Notes under the pieces: generated by a model
Database searches by the model: none
Seen by the model: the letters and a program-made list of their open reading frames with translations, nothing else
What the model was told of the DNA's origin: nothing
In this document: positions 19,268 through 29,384 of the stretch, in pieces
How the letters are laid out: every line of letters starts with the position of its first letter
How positions within the stretch are numbered: position 1 is the stretch's first letter
Program-made: the position numbers and the translations under genes
DNA from: Actinomycetota bacterium
GTDB lineage: Bacteria > Actinomycetota > Acidimicrobiia > Acidimicrobiales > Acidimicrobilacustridaceae
Length of the DNA: 64,000 nucleotides
Reading direction: 5' to 3'
Assembly (NCBI GenBank): GCA_005787345.1
Contig: SYBH01000145.1
Location: forward strand, 3,891 to 67,890

Positions 19268-20154
19268 GCAAGTACGACAATCCCGCATTCGACGATCACG
19301 ACATCGAGATCGATCTCACTCCACCATCGGTGGGGGCGCAGTATCACCCGGCCGAGACCGAAGACGTGCTGCTCACGCTGCGCGACATGGTCGAGAACGC
19401 GCGTGATGTGCCGTTGTCTGCTTCATCGATGATCGTGAAAGACGAAGTCCTTGGACTTATCGATGGCGCGCTCGAATCATTGCCCGAAGAACTCCGAGCT
19501 GCCCGTTGGTTGCTCAAGGAACGTGAAGAGTTCCTTGCTCGAACTCGCCACGAAGCTGACGACATGATCGAACAAGCGCGTACCCGAGCCGAACGCATGG
19601 TGCAGCGCACCGAGGTCGTGAAAGCCGCCGAACAGCGGGCGTATGACATCGTCGATGCCGCTCAAGCCGATGCTCGTCGACTGCGTCACGAGGTCGAAGA
19701 TTTCTGCGATCAGAAACTCGCCAGTTTCGAAATTGTGTTGGAACGCACGCAGAAACTCGTCGGTGCTGGCCGCGCGAAGTTGCAGGGCACAAATCTCCTT
19801 GCTGAAGCAGCGGCTGCTGCCGAACACGGCGTTGAAGGAGTATCCGAACAGGAAATCTATGTTGAGCAAGGCGAAGACTTCTCTGCACCGCCGACCCAAC
19901 CTTCGGTCTACGACGAACTTTCGCAACTCGATGACGCACCCGCCTTGTACGACACCGAAGGGATGGTCAACGGCGACTCTTGGGACGACGGAGCACTTCC
20001 GTTCGATGACGAGTACGACCCCTACGATGATCGTCCGCGCCTCACCGTGGTCGAGGACCTCTACTCCGACCTTCCTCCGCCCCCGTCTTCAAACCATCCG
20101 ACTCAGACAATTCGCGACGCCGCTTCGAACTTCTTCGATCAGGATCTCGCGTAA
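19264..20154 (+). CDS. SepIVA-like coiled-coil protein with acidic tail
   Basis: VENARDVPLS...LPEELRAARWLL...IEQARTRAERMV; sits between coaD and yceD as in other actinobacteria. Confidence 0.78.
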   Translation: MSKYDNPAFDDHDIEIDLTPPSVGAQYHPAETEDVLLTLRDMVENARDVPLSASSMIVKDEVLGLIDGALESLPEELRAARWLLKEREEFLARTRHEADDMIEQARTRAERMVQRTEVVKAAEQRAYDIVDAAQADARRLRHEVEDFCDQKLASFEIVLERTQKLVGAGRAKLQGTNLLAEAAAAAEHGVEGVSEQEIYVEQGEDFSAPPTQPSVYDELSQLDDAPALYDTEGMVNGDSWDDGALPFDDEYDPYDDRPRLTVVEDLYSDLPPPPSSNHPTQTIRDAASNFFDQDLA

Positions 20155-20157
20155 TCG

Positions 20158-20700
20158 ATGACCTACCGACCATTGGTCGTGCCGATCGCCGACCTTCGTC
20201 GACATCCCGGCGCAAGGCGTCAGTTCGCTGAATCGGTCGAGCTCGCCGGTTTAGCGATCACCTCGGCCACGGTGCCGGAGGGTGCATCCATCATCGTTGA
20301 TCTTGAACTTGAGACACTCAGCAATGGATTGGTTGCGACGGGCACCATTGCCACTCCATGGGTGGGCGAGTGTCGTCGGTGTTTGAGACCCGTTGAGGGT
20401 CAATCCGTGGCCCAGATCAGGGAAATCTTCGAACCCCGTCCCGTTGAGGGCGAGACGTACGCGATGGCCGACGACATCGTGAATCTCGAGCCCATGGTTC
20501 GGGATGCGGTGCTGTTGGCACTGCCTTTGGCTCCGCTGTGTGATGCAGATTGCCGGGGTCCCGCTCCTGAATTGTTCCCTGCTCGGGTCGCGGGAGAGGG
20601 AGAGGAATCCGAAGAAGCAGAGGGTTCTGGACCCATCTCTGACCCCCGCTGGGCTGCCCTGGCAGAACTGGACTTCGAACCGGGCGACCTCGGCGAGTAG
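20158..20700 (+). CDS. yceD: YceD/DUF177 family protein
   Basis: ECRRCL, LPLAPLC..DCRG, DPRWAAL; upstream of rpmF. Confidence 0.9.
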   Translation: MTYRPLVVPIADLRRHPGARRQFAESVELAGLAITSATVPEGASIIVDLELETLSNGLVATGTIATPWVGECRRCLRPVEGQSVAQIREIFEPRPVEGETYAMADDIVNLEPMVRDAVLLALPLAPLCDADCRGPAPELFPARVAGEGEESEEAEGSGPISDPRWAALAELDFEPGDLGE

Positions 20701-20775
20701 AGTCCTCCGTCTGCCCGGGGCACCCCCCGGTCCCGCGAGCGGCTCAGTGTGCCGCCCCCCGAATCAGGAACGACC

Positions 20776-20955
20776 ATGGCCGTACCCAAGAAGAAGACCT
20801 CGAAGTCCAAGAGCCGCAGCCGCCGTGCCTCAGCTTGGCGTATCGCCACTCCGGCTCGCAGCTCCTGTCCGCGTTGTGGCGCCGTAAAGCGTCCGCACGT
20901 TGTGTGTGGCAACTGCGGTTGGTACAACGGCCGCCAGGCCCTCGACGTCGACTGA
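20776..20955 (+). CDS. rpmF: 50S ribosomal protein L32
   Basis: MAVPKKKTSKSKSRSRRA...CPRCG..KRPHVVCGNCGWY. Confidence 0.97.
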   Translation: MAVPKKKTSKSKSRSRRASAWRIATPARSSCPRCGAVKRPHVVCGNCGWYNGRQALDVD

Positions 20956-20971
20956 TCCCGAAAGAGCACTC

Positions 20972-21967
20972 ATGCTTCCCATCGCTGTCGATGCCATGGG
21001 GGGCGACAACGCTCCCGGCGCAATTGTTGCTGGCGCGCGTCGCGCTGTCGATGAACTTGGTATTCCCGTTGTGTTAGTCGGACGCGCCGCAGACCTTGGC
21101 GACACCGGTGGCCTCGAGGTCATCGAAGCATCGGAAGTCATTGCGATGGACGCCGATCCCGGCTCAAGTGTTCGCAAAATGAAGGATTCATCGCTCGTGC
21201 GCGCTGCAGAAGCCGTTCGCGATGGGAAAGCTTCAGCAATGGTGAGCGCGGGAAACACCGGCGCCACAATGGCAAGTGCGTTGTTGCGTATGGGCCGCAT
21301 TAAGGGTGTTCAAAGGCCAGCGATTGCAACGCCGATTCCTGTTCCTGGCGCCGACACTCCAACGGTACTGCTCGATGCTGGGGCAAACTCTGAATGCAAT
21401 GCCGAATGGCTCGTGCAGTTCGCGCAGATGGGCGTAGTGTTCGCGAAACAGCGTTTCGGAATCGCGTCGCCTCGCGTTGGTTTGTTGTCGATTGGCGAAG
21501 AACCCACCAAGGGAAATCCGCTTGTGAAGGAAACGCACAAGTTGCTTGCTGAAGGTGCTTGGATCGGTGAAACCGGCGCTCGATTCATCGGAAACGTTGA
21601 AGGACGCGACATCATGACCGACGACGTCGATGTCGTGGTGACCGATGGCTTCACTGGCAATGTCGCGTTGAAGACTCTCGAAGGATCGTTGAAGTCGGTT
21701 ATCAACTCACTGCTCGCCGCCTTCGATTCATCTGACGAAGCTCGTGCCGCGGCGACTGCACTGTGGCCGTCACTCATGCCGCTCTACGACTCGCTCGATC
21801 CGGAGAACACCGGTGGAGCGATGCTTCTCGGTGTCGATGGAGTGTGCATTATCAGTCACGGCTCCTCTTCGGACCGGGCCATGGTGAACGCGGTGCGAGT
21901 TGCTGCCGACATGGTGAACGCCGATGTGGTTGGTCATATCGCCGCCACCGTTCGCCCCGCCGACTGA
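20972..21967 (+). CDS. plsX: Phosphate acyltransferase PlsX
   Basis: IAVDAMGGDNAP, SAGNTGA, LLDAGAN, FIGNVEG, DGFTGNVALKTLEG. Confidence 0.96.
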   Translation: MLPIAVDAMGGDNAPGAIVAGARRAVDELGIPVVLVGRAADLGDTGGLEVIEASEVIAMDADPGSSVRKMKDSSLVRAAEAVRDGKASAMVSAGNTGATMASALLRMGRIKGVQRPAIATPIPVPGADTPTVLLDAGANSECNAEWLVQFAQMGVVFAKQRFGIASPRVGLLSIGEEPTKGNPLVKETHKLLAEGAWIGETGARFIGNVEGRDIMTDDVDVVVTDGFTGNVALKTLEGSLKSVINSLLAAFDSSDEARAAATALWPSLMPLYDSLDPENTGGAMLLGVDGVCIISHGSSSDRAMVNAVRVAADMVNADVVGHIAATVRPAD

Positions 21968-22018
21968 ACCCGAGGTTCGGTTCCGCTCCAGCAGAGCGTT
22001 GAACAGCAGTTTTCACAA

Positions 22019-22045
22019 GCGGGCAAAGTTTGACCCCGCTACGAT
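22019..22045 (+). promoter_or_regulatory. acpP promoter (-10 TACGAT) with adjacent imperfect inverted repeat
   Basis: GCGGG-CAAA-G-TTTG-AC-CCCGC followed directly by TACGAT at 22040-22045. Confidence 0.45.
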
Positions 22046-22078
22046 CGGCCCGTTCCATCGCCGTCCGAGGAGACCGTT

Positions 22079-22369
22079 GTGCCCGCTGAGACCCATGTCG
22101 AACAAGGCCCTATCGACCGAGAGTTCGTCCTGAATCTGGTCCGTGACCGGTTGGCCGACATCCTCGAGACCGAGCCCACCGCCATCAACGAAGGCGATTC
22201 CTTCGCCGATGATCTCGATGCCGACAGCCTGGCCCTTATTGAGTTGGTAGAGGCCCTCGAAGAGGAACTTGGTGAGCGCAGCGTTGGCTTCCGCATCGAA
22301 GACGAAGACCTGGCCGATCTCAAGACCGTCCGCGATGCCGTTGACTACGTCATGGCAAAGCTGGGCTGA
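22079..22369 (+). CDS. acpP: Acyl carrier protein
   Basis: DLDADSLALIELVEALEEE; SD GAGGAG before GTG. Confidence 0.93.
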   Translation: MPAETHVEQGPIDREFVLNLVRDRLADILETEPTAINEGDSFADDLDADSLALIELVEALEEELGERSVGFRIEDEDLADLKTVRDAVDYVMAKLG

Positions 22370-22373
22370 GGTC

Positions 22374-23099
22374 CTGAGCGCCGACGCCATCACCGCGCTG
22401 GGCCATCGCTTGGGTTACGGGTTCTCCGAGCCCGGGCCTCTTCTCCTCGCGCTTACGCATCGGTCGTGGTGCGCCGAAACAGGTCACGCTGCCTCTAACG
22501 AGCGGCTTGAATTCCTTGGCGATGCGGTTCTGGGTGTGATCGTCACTGATCACCTCTTTACTTCGCATCCGGAAATGCCCGAAGGTTTGCTGGCCAAGGT
22601 TCGGTCGGCAGTAGTAAGCGAACCGACGTTGGCCAAGGTTGCTGCTGACCTTGGTATTGGCCCCGCTCTCCGTTTGGGCAAGGGCGAAGACGCCAGTGGC
22701 GGACGGTCGAAGGCCTCGATCCTGTCCGATGCCTTGGAAGCCATCATCGGAGCGGTATTTGTCGATGGCGGTATTGATGCCGCACGCGAACTTGTTCTTG
22801 GCCTGTTCGAGGCACCCATTGCTGCAGCAGCCGAAGAACCCGGTGACGGCGACTTCAAGTCACAACTTCAAGAACTCACGGCGCAACGTTTTTCGGCGGC
22901 GCCGGTCTATGAACTCGGGGCCGAGGGCCCCGATCACGAGAAGCGGTTCTTCGCTCGCGTGTCGGTCGACGGCAACGTCATCGGTGAAGGCGAAGGTCGC
23001 TCAAAGAAGGGCGCCGAACAGGCCGCAGCGCATGCCGCGCTCGACCACCTGTCGACGGTGACCGTTCCCAACCATGAGAGTGGGCAGCACGATGCCTGA
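22374..23099 (+). CDS. rnc: Ribonuclease III (start uncertain)
   Basis: ALTHRS, NERLEFLGDAVL, dsRBD DFKSQLQE...GPDHEKRF...GRSKKGAEQAAA. Start placed tentatively at CTG 22374. Confidence 0.93.
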   Translation: MSADAITALGHRLGYGFSEPGPLLLALTHRSWCAETGHAASNERLEFLGDAVLGVIVTDHLFTSHPEMPEGLLAKVRSAVVSEPTLAKVAADLGIGPALRLGKGEDASGGRSKASILSDALEAIIGAVFVDGGIDAARELVLGLFEAPIAAAAEEPGDGDFKSQLQELTAQRFSAAPVYELGAEGPDHEKRFFARVSVDGNVIGEGEGRSKKGAEQAAAHAALDHLSTVTVPNHESGQHDA

Positions 23100-23928
23100 A
23101 TTGCCCGAAGTAGAAACCATTCGCCGCGAACTCGAAAAAGAGGTCGTCGGACGCAAGGTGAAGAGCGTTGACGTCACCGGGAAGAAGTCGATCAAACGTC
23201 AGAGTCCCGAAGACTTCATCACCGGTCTTGTCGGCGCCAAGATCACTGGTTCGCAGCGTAAAGGGAAGTACCTCCTCATGCCGCTTGACAATGGACAGGT
23301 GCTGATCGTTCATCTGCGAATGTCAGGTCAGTTGCGTCGTGCAACGCCGAAGGACGAAGTCGAAAAGCACACACATGTGACCATCACGTTCACGCAGGGC
23401 GGCCAACTCCGTTTCATCGACCCGCGCACATTCGGCGAGATGTTCCTTGCCACTCCCGACGAAATCTCTTCTGAGATTGAAGAACTTTCAAACCTCGGTG
23501 TCGACCCGGTGGAAACTCCAATGTCATGGGTCGACTTCGGTCATTTACTTCGTTCGAAGAGCCAGTCGCTTAAGGCGTTCCTCACCGATCAGTCAATGAT
23601 TGCTGGTATCGGCAATATCTACGCCGATGAAATCCTCTTCGACTCCGGTCTTCGTTATGACCGCGAAACAGGATCGCTCACGACGCAGGAAATTCGTCGC
23701 CTCTACCGTTCGCTCGTCGAGATTCTGCACGAGGCAATCAAGTACAACGGCTCAACGCTTGGTGATGGCCAATATGTCGATCTTTTCGGTAAAGCCGGCG
23801 ATTATCAAAGCCACCATCAGGTGTATGACCGCGAAAAGCAGCCATGTCGTCGTTGTCGTCGTAACAACATCGTGAAGACCAAGGTTGCCAGTCGGTCCAC
23901 CTTCTACTGCGAGGTCTGTCAGGTCTGA
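23092..23928 (+). CDS. mutM: Formamidopyrimidine-DNA glycosylase
   Basis: MPELPEVET, HLRMSG, GIGNIYADE, C-terminal CRRC...CEVCQ zinc finger. Confidence 0.96.
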   Translation: MPELPEVETIRRELEKEVVGRKVKSVDVTGKKSIKRQSPEDFITGLVGAKITGSQRKGKYLLMPLDNGQVLIVHLRMSGQLRRATPKDEVEKHTHVTITFTQGGQLRFIDPRTFGEMFLATPDEISSEIEELSNLGVDPVETPMSWVDFGHLLRSKSQSLKAFLTDQSMIAGIGNIYADEILFDSGLRYDRETGSLTTQEIRRLYRSLVEILHEAIKYNGSTLGDGQYVDLFGKAGDYQSHHQVYDREKQPCRRCRRNNIVKTKVASRSTFYCEVCQV

Positions 23929-26900
23929 TGTATCTGAAACGACTCACGATGAAGGGCTTTAAGTCCTTCGCCGATACGACATCTCTCGATCTCGAACCAG
24001 GCGTCACCGTTGTGGTGGGCCCCAATGGTTCGGGCAAGTCCAATGTGGTCGACGCGATCGGTTGGGTGCTTGGTGCACAGGCGCCTTCCGCAGTGCGTTC
24101 GCAGAAGATGGACGACGTCATTTTTGCCGGCACTACCAAGCGTTCAGCGCTCGGTCGCGCCGAGGTCAGCCTTACTATCGACAACACCTCGGGAATGCTT
24201 CCGATCGAATTCAACGAGGTGACCATTACCCGTACGTTGTTCCGTTCAGGTGACAGCGAATACGCGCTCAACGGCGTTCCGTGTCGTCTTCTTGACATTC
24301 AAGATCTGCTTTCCGACAGTGGTGTTGGTCGTCAGCAGCACGTCATTGTTTCGCAGGGCCAGATCGATGCGGTACTCAACGCTCGACCTGAAGAACGTCG
24401 TGCAATCATCGAAGAAGCAGCCGGCATCTTGAAATATCGCCGCCGCAAAGAAAAGTCTGAACGCCGCCTGACCGCAACTGAAGGCAACCTCACTCGTATG
24501 CAGGACCTGCTTCGCGAAGTGCGCCGTCAGTTGCGTCCACTTGAACGCCAAGCCGATGCCGCTCGTCGCCACGCCGGTGTTGTTTCTGAACTCACGGCAT
24601 TACGCATCTTTATTGCTGGTCGCGAGCTTGCAGGCTTGCGTACCCGACTTGAAAACGGAATGCGCGGACGGGCTGAGCTTTCCGCCGAAGAAGAGCGCCT
24701 TCGTCGTTCACTCGCCGAACTCGATACGCAAATTATGTCGGTTGAAGCGGAACTCACCGCGATGGGCGGCGACGATCTGGGTGACGGTCTCGCATCGTAT
24801 GAGTCGTTGTTCCAGCAAGCTCGTGGTCTATCCGCAGTGCTCACTGAACGTCGACGCGGTGTTGATCGCCTTCGTGGCGCGTCGATCGATCAGGGTGTTG
24901 TTGCTTCACTCGAAGCTGAAGCGGCACGACTGTCGGCCGAACTGGCCGAGGTTGAAGCGGAATCGGAGAAGTTTGAGCCTCTTGCTGCCGAATTGGTCGA
25001 GGCCGAAGAACTTCTGATGGCCGAACGGTTGGCCTTTGAAGAGCAGTGGGCGAGCGGTGTGCCGGCTCCCACAGGCGCTGCCGCCGAGGTTCGTGGGGAA
25101 CTCGCAGCACTTCGTACCGCATCGGGACGTGCGCGCGAGGAACGCGATCGCATCGGAACTCGTGCAACCGCGCTGGCTGAAAAAGCTGCAACGCTTCTGT
25201 CTGAAACTGAGTTACTTCGGGCGCAACTGATCGAATTGGAATCGGCTGAACTCCCGTTGGTCGAAGCCATGGAATTGGCCGAAGCGCGTCGTTCGCAAGC
25301 TGAATTGGCGGTTGAAGCGGCTGAATCGGTGCACCGTGCAGCCGAAAGCGAACAGCATGCGTGGCGAGCTCGAGTCGAAGCGCTTGCTCTGGCCCTCGAC
25401 GAAGCACGTTCTCGAGCGGGTACCGAACGTCTTGCCGGTATCGACGGAGTCCTCGGCACGGTTCTCGATCTCGTTGAAATCGATGCGGGCTGGGAAGCAT
25501 CTTTCGAAGCTGCCGTCGGCGAAGCATTGGCTGCGGTTGTTGTTGATGGGGTCGATGCTGGTCGCCGTGCCCTTGAAGCGCTCAGCGCGGAATCGCTCAG
25601 CGGCGCCGTGCTTGCTCTGGGTGCGGGTCGCTCTACCCGCTCCGCTCCGCCCGTTGGTGCACCATTGCGCGGACACGTCCGAGCTCGTCGTCCCGATGTC
25701 GAACCACTTCTTGATGCGCTCATCGGTGCTGCTGTTGTTATTGATGGCGGCTGGGTGCAGGCGGTTGATGCATCGCTTGCTCACCCCGACGCCATTGTTG
25801 TCACCAGCAGTGGCGATCGATTTGGCGTGAGCGGTTGGCGCGTCGGCTCATCGGGTGCTGGTGCAACTGGTGCCGCGCTTGACGAAGCGACTCGCCGTGC
25901 AGAAGAAGCTGTTCTTGTCGCCTCAGAAGCAGCGGCGGTTCTTGAGGCGGTACGAGCTGAACTGGCCGAAGCCGCAAGCGTTGAAGCTGGTCTTGCTCGC
26001 GATCTTGACGTAAACGATTCACGACTCACTGCAGCAGGAGACCGTTTGCAGCGAGCCGAAACCGACCGTCGCGATGCGGCCACTGAAGCCGAAGCACTTA
26101 GTGATCACCTTGGTGAACTTACAGACCGAGTGACTCGTGAAGATGCGCGTATCTCCGAACTCGAGGGGATGCTTCCCGATCTTGAAGCCGCTGACAATGA
26201 ACTCGCCGCGTCGGCCCGACGCATGGCTGAATCTCGTGCTCGGCTCGAGGAGCAGGCAGCGGAAGTTGGTTCTCGGCGCAGTGATCTCGAAGTTCGAAGC
26301 GTTGCGGTGGTCGAGCGACGTCAGTTCCTCACCGGCCGACTGGCCGAGGTTGAAACTCGACTCGACGGTGCCGCTGCAGAACGCGAGGCTGCCGAAGCTC
26401 GCCGCCTTGAACTCGATCGTGCTCAAACTGCACTCGATCGTTTGTCGGCGCTCGTCCAGGATCGCTCAGCCCTTATTGAGGGTCGCCTCAGTGATTTCCG
26501 GGAGCGTCGTCGTCAGCAGTCCGAGGCTGCTCGCGGTGTCGCTGGTCGACTCGATGGCCTTCGTCGTCAGCGCGCCGATCAGGAACGCGGTCTCAGCGAG
26601 GTTCGCGAGCGTCTACAGCGCGCCGAAATTGATCATGCTGAAATCGAGATGCGCATCGAGGCAGCGGTTGAAGCGCTTCGACGCGACCTCGACTGCGAAC
26701 CCGATGTCGCAATCGCCAGCGAATGTCCAGAACTTGCCGAAGGTGCGACCGCTGCCGGCCGAGCCCGCGAGCTTGAACGCGACCTCCGCCTCATGGGTCC
26801 AATCAATCCGTTGGCGCTCGAAGAATTCGATGCCCTGCAGGAACGTCACACGTTCCTTGAGCAGCAACTCGATGACGTTAAGGAAAGTCGTCGTGAACTC

Positions 26901-27389
26901 GCCAAGGTGATTCGTGCAATCGATGGTGAAATCGTCAGCGTATTTGCTGCTGCATTCGCCGATGTCGCTGCCAACTTCGAAGCGCTGTTCCAGACTCTGT
27001 TCCCAGGCGGCGAGGGTCGACTGAAGCTCACCGAACCCGACAACTTGCTGCTAACCGGCATCGAGGTCGAGGCAAAGCCTTCCGGCAAAAACGTTCGAAA
27101 GCTTTCATTACTCTCTGGTGGAGAGCGTTCGCTCACAGCCTTGGCCTACTTATTTGCGGTCTTCCGCAGTCGTCCGTCGCCGTTCTACGTGATGGACGAA
27201 GTCGAGGCCGCCCTCGACGATATAAATCTCAACCGGTTCCTTGGTCTCGTTGCAGAATTCCGTAACGATGCACAACTCGTCATCGTGAGCCATCAAAAGC
27301 GCACGATGGAAGCTGCTGACTGCCTTTATGGCGTATCGATGCAACCGGGTGGTTCGTCACGAGTCGTTAGCGAAAAGGTGTCCTCGTAA
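23928..27389 (+). CDS. smc: Chromosome segregation protein SMC
   Basis: GPNGSGKSN, long coiled coils, LLSGGE, DEVEAALD; 1153 aa. Confidence 0.97.
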   Translation: MYLKRLTMKGFKSFADTTSLDLEPGVTVVVGPNGSGKSNVVDAIGWVLGAQAPSAVRSQKMDDVIFAGTTKRSALGRAEVSLTIDNTSGMLPIEFNEVTITRTLFRSGDSEYALNGVPCRLLDIQDLLSDSGVGRQQHVIVSQGQIDAVLNARPEERRAIIEEAAGILKYRRRKEKSERRLTATEGNLTRMQDLLREVRRQLRPLERQADAARRHAGVVSELTALRIFIAGRELAGLRTRLENGMRGRAELSAEEERLRRSLAELDTQIMSVEAELTAMGGDDLGDGLASYESLFQQARGLSAVLTERRRGVDRLRGASIDQGVVASLEAEAARLSAELAEVEAESEKFEPLAAELVEAEELLMAERLAFEEQWASGVPAPTGAAAEVRGELAALRTASGRAREERDRIGTRATALAEKAATLLSETELLRAQLIELESAELPLVEAMELAEARRSQAELAVEAAESVHRAAESEQHAWRARVEALALALDEARSRAGTERLAGIDGVLGTVLDLVEIDAGWEASFEAAVGEALAAVVVDGVDAGRRALEALSAESLSGAVLALGAGRSTRSAPPVGAPLRGHVRARRPDVEPLLDALIGAAVVIDGGWVQAVDASLAHPDAIVVTSSGDRFGVSGWRVGSSGAGATGAALDEATRRAEEAVLVASEAAAVLEAVRAELAEAASVEAGLARDLDVNDSRLTAAGDRLQRAETDRRDAATEAEALSDHLGELTDRVTREDARISELEGMLPDLEAADNELAASARRMAESRARLEEQAAEVGSRRSDLEVRSVAVVERRQFLTGRLAEVETRLDGAAAEREAAEARRLELDRAQTALDRLSALVQDRSALIEGRLSDFRERRRQQSEAARGVAGRLDGLRRQRADQERGLSEVRERLQRAEIDHAEIEMRIEAAVEALRRDLDCEPDVAIASECPELAEGATAAGRARELERDLRLMGPINPLALEEFDALQERHTFLEQQLDDVKESRRELAKVIRAIDGEIVSVFAAAFADVAANFEALFQTLFPGGEGRLKLTEPDNLLLTGIEVEAKPSGKNVRKLSLLSGGERSLTALAYLFAVFRSRPSPFYVMDEVEAALDDINLNRFLGLVAEFRNDAQLVIVSHQKRTMEAADCLYGVSMQPGGSSRVVSEKVSS

Positions 27390-27426
27390 CGAGCTTGAAT
27401 TCACCGTTCGTTTTGCACCGCAAGTA

Positions 27427-28386
27427 CTACGGCAGTCGGTTCGACCAGGCCAGAGCGAGACCTGACGCCAGAACGAGCGTGAGGAACGAGATTGCAATGA
27501 ACCACTGTGTGAGCGATGACTCAACCTCGTCGTACCCAATGGAGGATCCGATCTTCGAATAGACGTCAGTCAACTGGTTCTGGGTAGATGCCTCGTAAAA
27601 GTTGCCGCCAGACTGCTTTGCGATTGCCTCAAGCGAGGGTGCATCGACAGGCACACTGACAATCTGTCCGCTGGGCAGCGTGACAGTTCCGGTCGGCGTG
27701 CCAAAAGCGATCGTTGAAACGGGGACACCTTCATCAACTGCACGTTGCGTGGCAGTGATGTTCGGCGTTCCCATCGTTGTCGTTCCATCGGATAGCAGCA
27801 CGATTGCTGCGGGAACCGCTGCGCCATCGGGGGCGGGCGGAACGTCTCCGAGCGCATCAAGGCTGGCATCGATCGCATCGCCTATTGCTGTTCCATCAGC
27901 GAGTTGAGCGTTTTGAATGGCGTTCGCAACTTGCTGACGATCGGTGGTGGGGGCGACACGAATCTTTGCGCTTCCGGCAAAGGTCACGAGCCCAACGTTG
28001 AACTGAGCGGGAACATCGTCAAGGAACGCGATCGCTGCTGCCTTTGCTGCCTCGATGCGGTCAGGCTTCACATCGGTTGCTTCCATCGAGAGCGATACGT
28101 CAAGAGCGAGCATGACCGTTGCTCGTTCGCGAGGAACCTTCACGTCGTGCACGGGTTGAGCGAAGGCCAACACCAACGCAGAGAGCGCAACAAGTTGCAC
28201 TGCTGCGGCGATGTGGCGTCGCCAGCCGGGGCGATTCGGCGCAATGGACTCGAGTAGTTCGAGGTTGGTAAATCGCACTGCGTATTTCGAGCGGCGCTTT
28301 TGGAACAAGGCATAGGTACTACCGAGGGCAACGACGACGAAAAGCAGAAGCAATCGCCAAGGGCTGAGAAATGAAATACCCATCAT
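27427..28386 (-). CDS. vWA domain membrane protein (MoxR partner)
   Basis: MIDAS LALDVSLSM, GTAIGDAI, LLSDG; N- and C-terminal TM helices. Confidence 0.9.
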   Translation of the reverse strand: MMGISFLSPWRLLLLFVVVALGSTYALFQKRRSKYAVRFTNLELLESIAPNRPGWRRHIAAAVQLVALSALVLAFAQPVHDVKVPRERATVMLALDVSLSMEATDVKPDRIEAAKAAAIAFLDDVPAQFNVGLVTFAGSAKIRVAPTTDRQQVANAIQNAQLADGTAIGDAIDASLDALGDVPPAPDGAAVPAAIVLLSDGTTTMGTPNITATQRAVDEGVPVSTIAFGTPTGTVTLPSGQIVSVPVDAPSLEAIAKQSGGNFYEASTQNQLTDVYSKIGSSIGYDEVESSLTQWFIAISFLTLVLASGLALAWSNRLP

Positions 28387-29384
28387 CGGGTGACTCCAGT
28401 GGTCATGGTCGCCCCCGCAATTGCTCCTACATTCCCAGATCCATGTGCAGCAGAACGAGAAAGTGAATCGATGCGGTCGCGTCGACGAGAAACGAATCGG
28501 GCGAGGTCAAGCAACCAATCGCGGTCAGTTCGAAGCACTAAATGATCGGCACTCGTTGCACGGATCCGAGTTGCGATTGTGGCTCGCTGATTGGTAGCGG
28601 CTCGGGCATAGCGCTCACGAAACTTTGCGTTGCCTGTAGGTACTTCGATTTCGCGACCAGTGACGGCGTCATGGAGCAACAGCATTCCGACATTGGGAAG
28701 CTCCAGTTCAACGGGGTCGACGACCTCGATGCATAAGACATCGTGGCGCAGGGCCAAGGTGCGAAGTGCTGCGTCCCAAGGTCCTGGGTCGAGGAAGTCA
28801 GAGATCACAACAATGAGTCCGCGTCGCTTGGCCGTGCCGGCGATGCGCTGCAAGCCAGCGGTCAGATCGGTGCGGCCAGGCTGAGGATTGTCGAGCGCCG
28901 CGAGTACCTGACGCAAGAGTGCCTGCATGTGTACGCGCCCTGAGCGTGCTGGAATGGGTGGCGATGCACCGTTGGGACCGATCGTCATTGCGCCGATTCG
29001 ATTGCCCGTGCGCGCCGTGAGAAAACCAGTGGCCGCGACTCCCGCAAGAGCAAGATCACGCTTCTCACAGGTTGCTGTTCCAAACGCAAGTGATGCAGAT
29101 GCATCTACAAGGATCCATGTCTCAAGTTCCCGATCAGCAACGCTGTCGCGCACATGGGTCTCGCCGAGTCGTGCGGTTACGTTCCAGTCAATCCGGCGGA
29201 CGTCGTCGCCTGGTTGGTAGGCCCGAATTTCTCCGGGTTCAGAGCCGTGGCCCGGCGTCAGTCCGCGATGGTCTCCTTGAAGCAGTCCATCGAGCCGACG
29301 AGTCACACTGATTTCGAGGCGGCGGAGAATTTCCGCGGCGGGGGTTCCGTCTATTGAGGGGGCCGCGGTTTTCTTGGCGCTCAA
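28383..29384 (-). CDS. DUF58 family protein
   Basis: RAYQPGDDVRRIDWNVTAR, VDASAS, VISDFL. Confidence 0.92.
   Translation of the reverse strand: MSAKKTAAPSIDGTPAAEILRRLEISVTRRLDGLLQGDHRGLTPGHGSEPGEIRAYQPGDDVRRIDWNVTARLGETHVRDSVADRELETWILVDASASLAFGTATCEKRDLALAGVAATGFLTARTGNRIGAMTIGPNGASPPIPARSGRVHMQALLRQVLAALDNPQPGRTDLTAGLQRIAGTAKRRGLIVVISDFLDPGPWDAALRTLALRHDVLCIEVVDPVELELPNVGMLLLHDAVTGREIEVPTGNAKFRERYARAATNQRATIATRIRATSADHLVLRTDRDWLLDLARFVSRRRDRIDSLSRSAAHGSGNVGAIAGATMTTGVTR

Noticed and set aside
24841-25784. Long antisense ORFs within smc (similar ones at 5414-6184, 12958-13752, 36237-37109)
   Set aside because: Expected on the antisense strand of high-GC genes; S/R/A-rich with no recognisable motifs.
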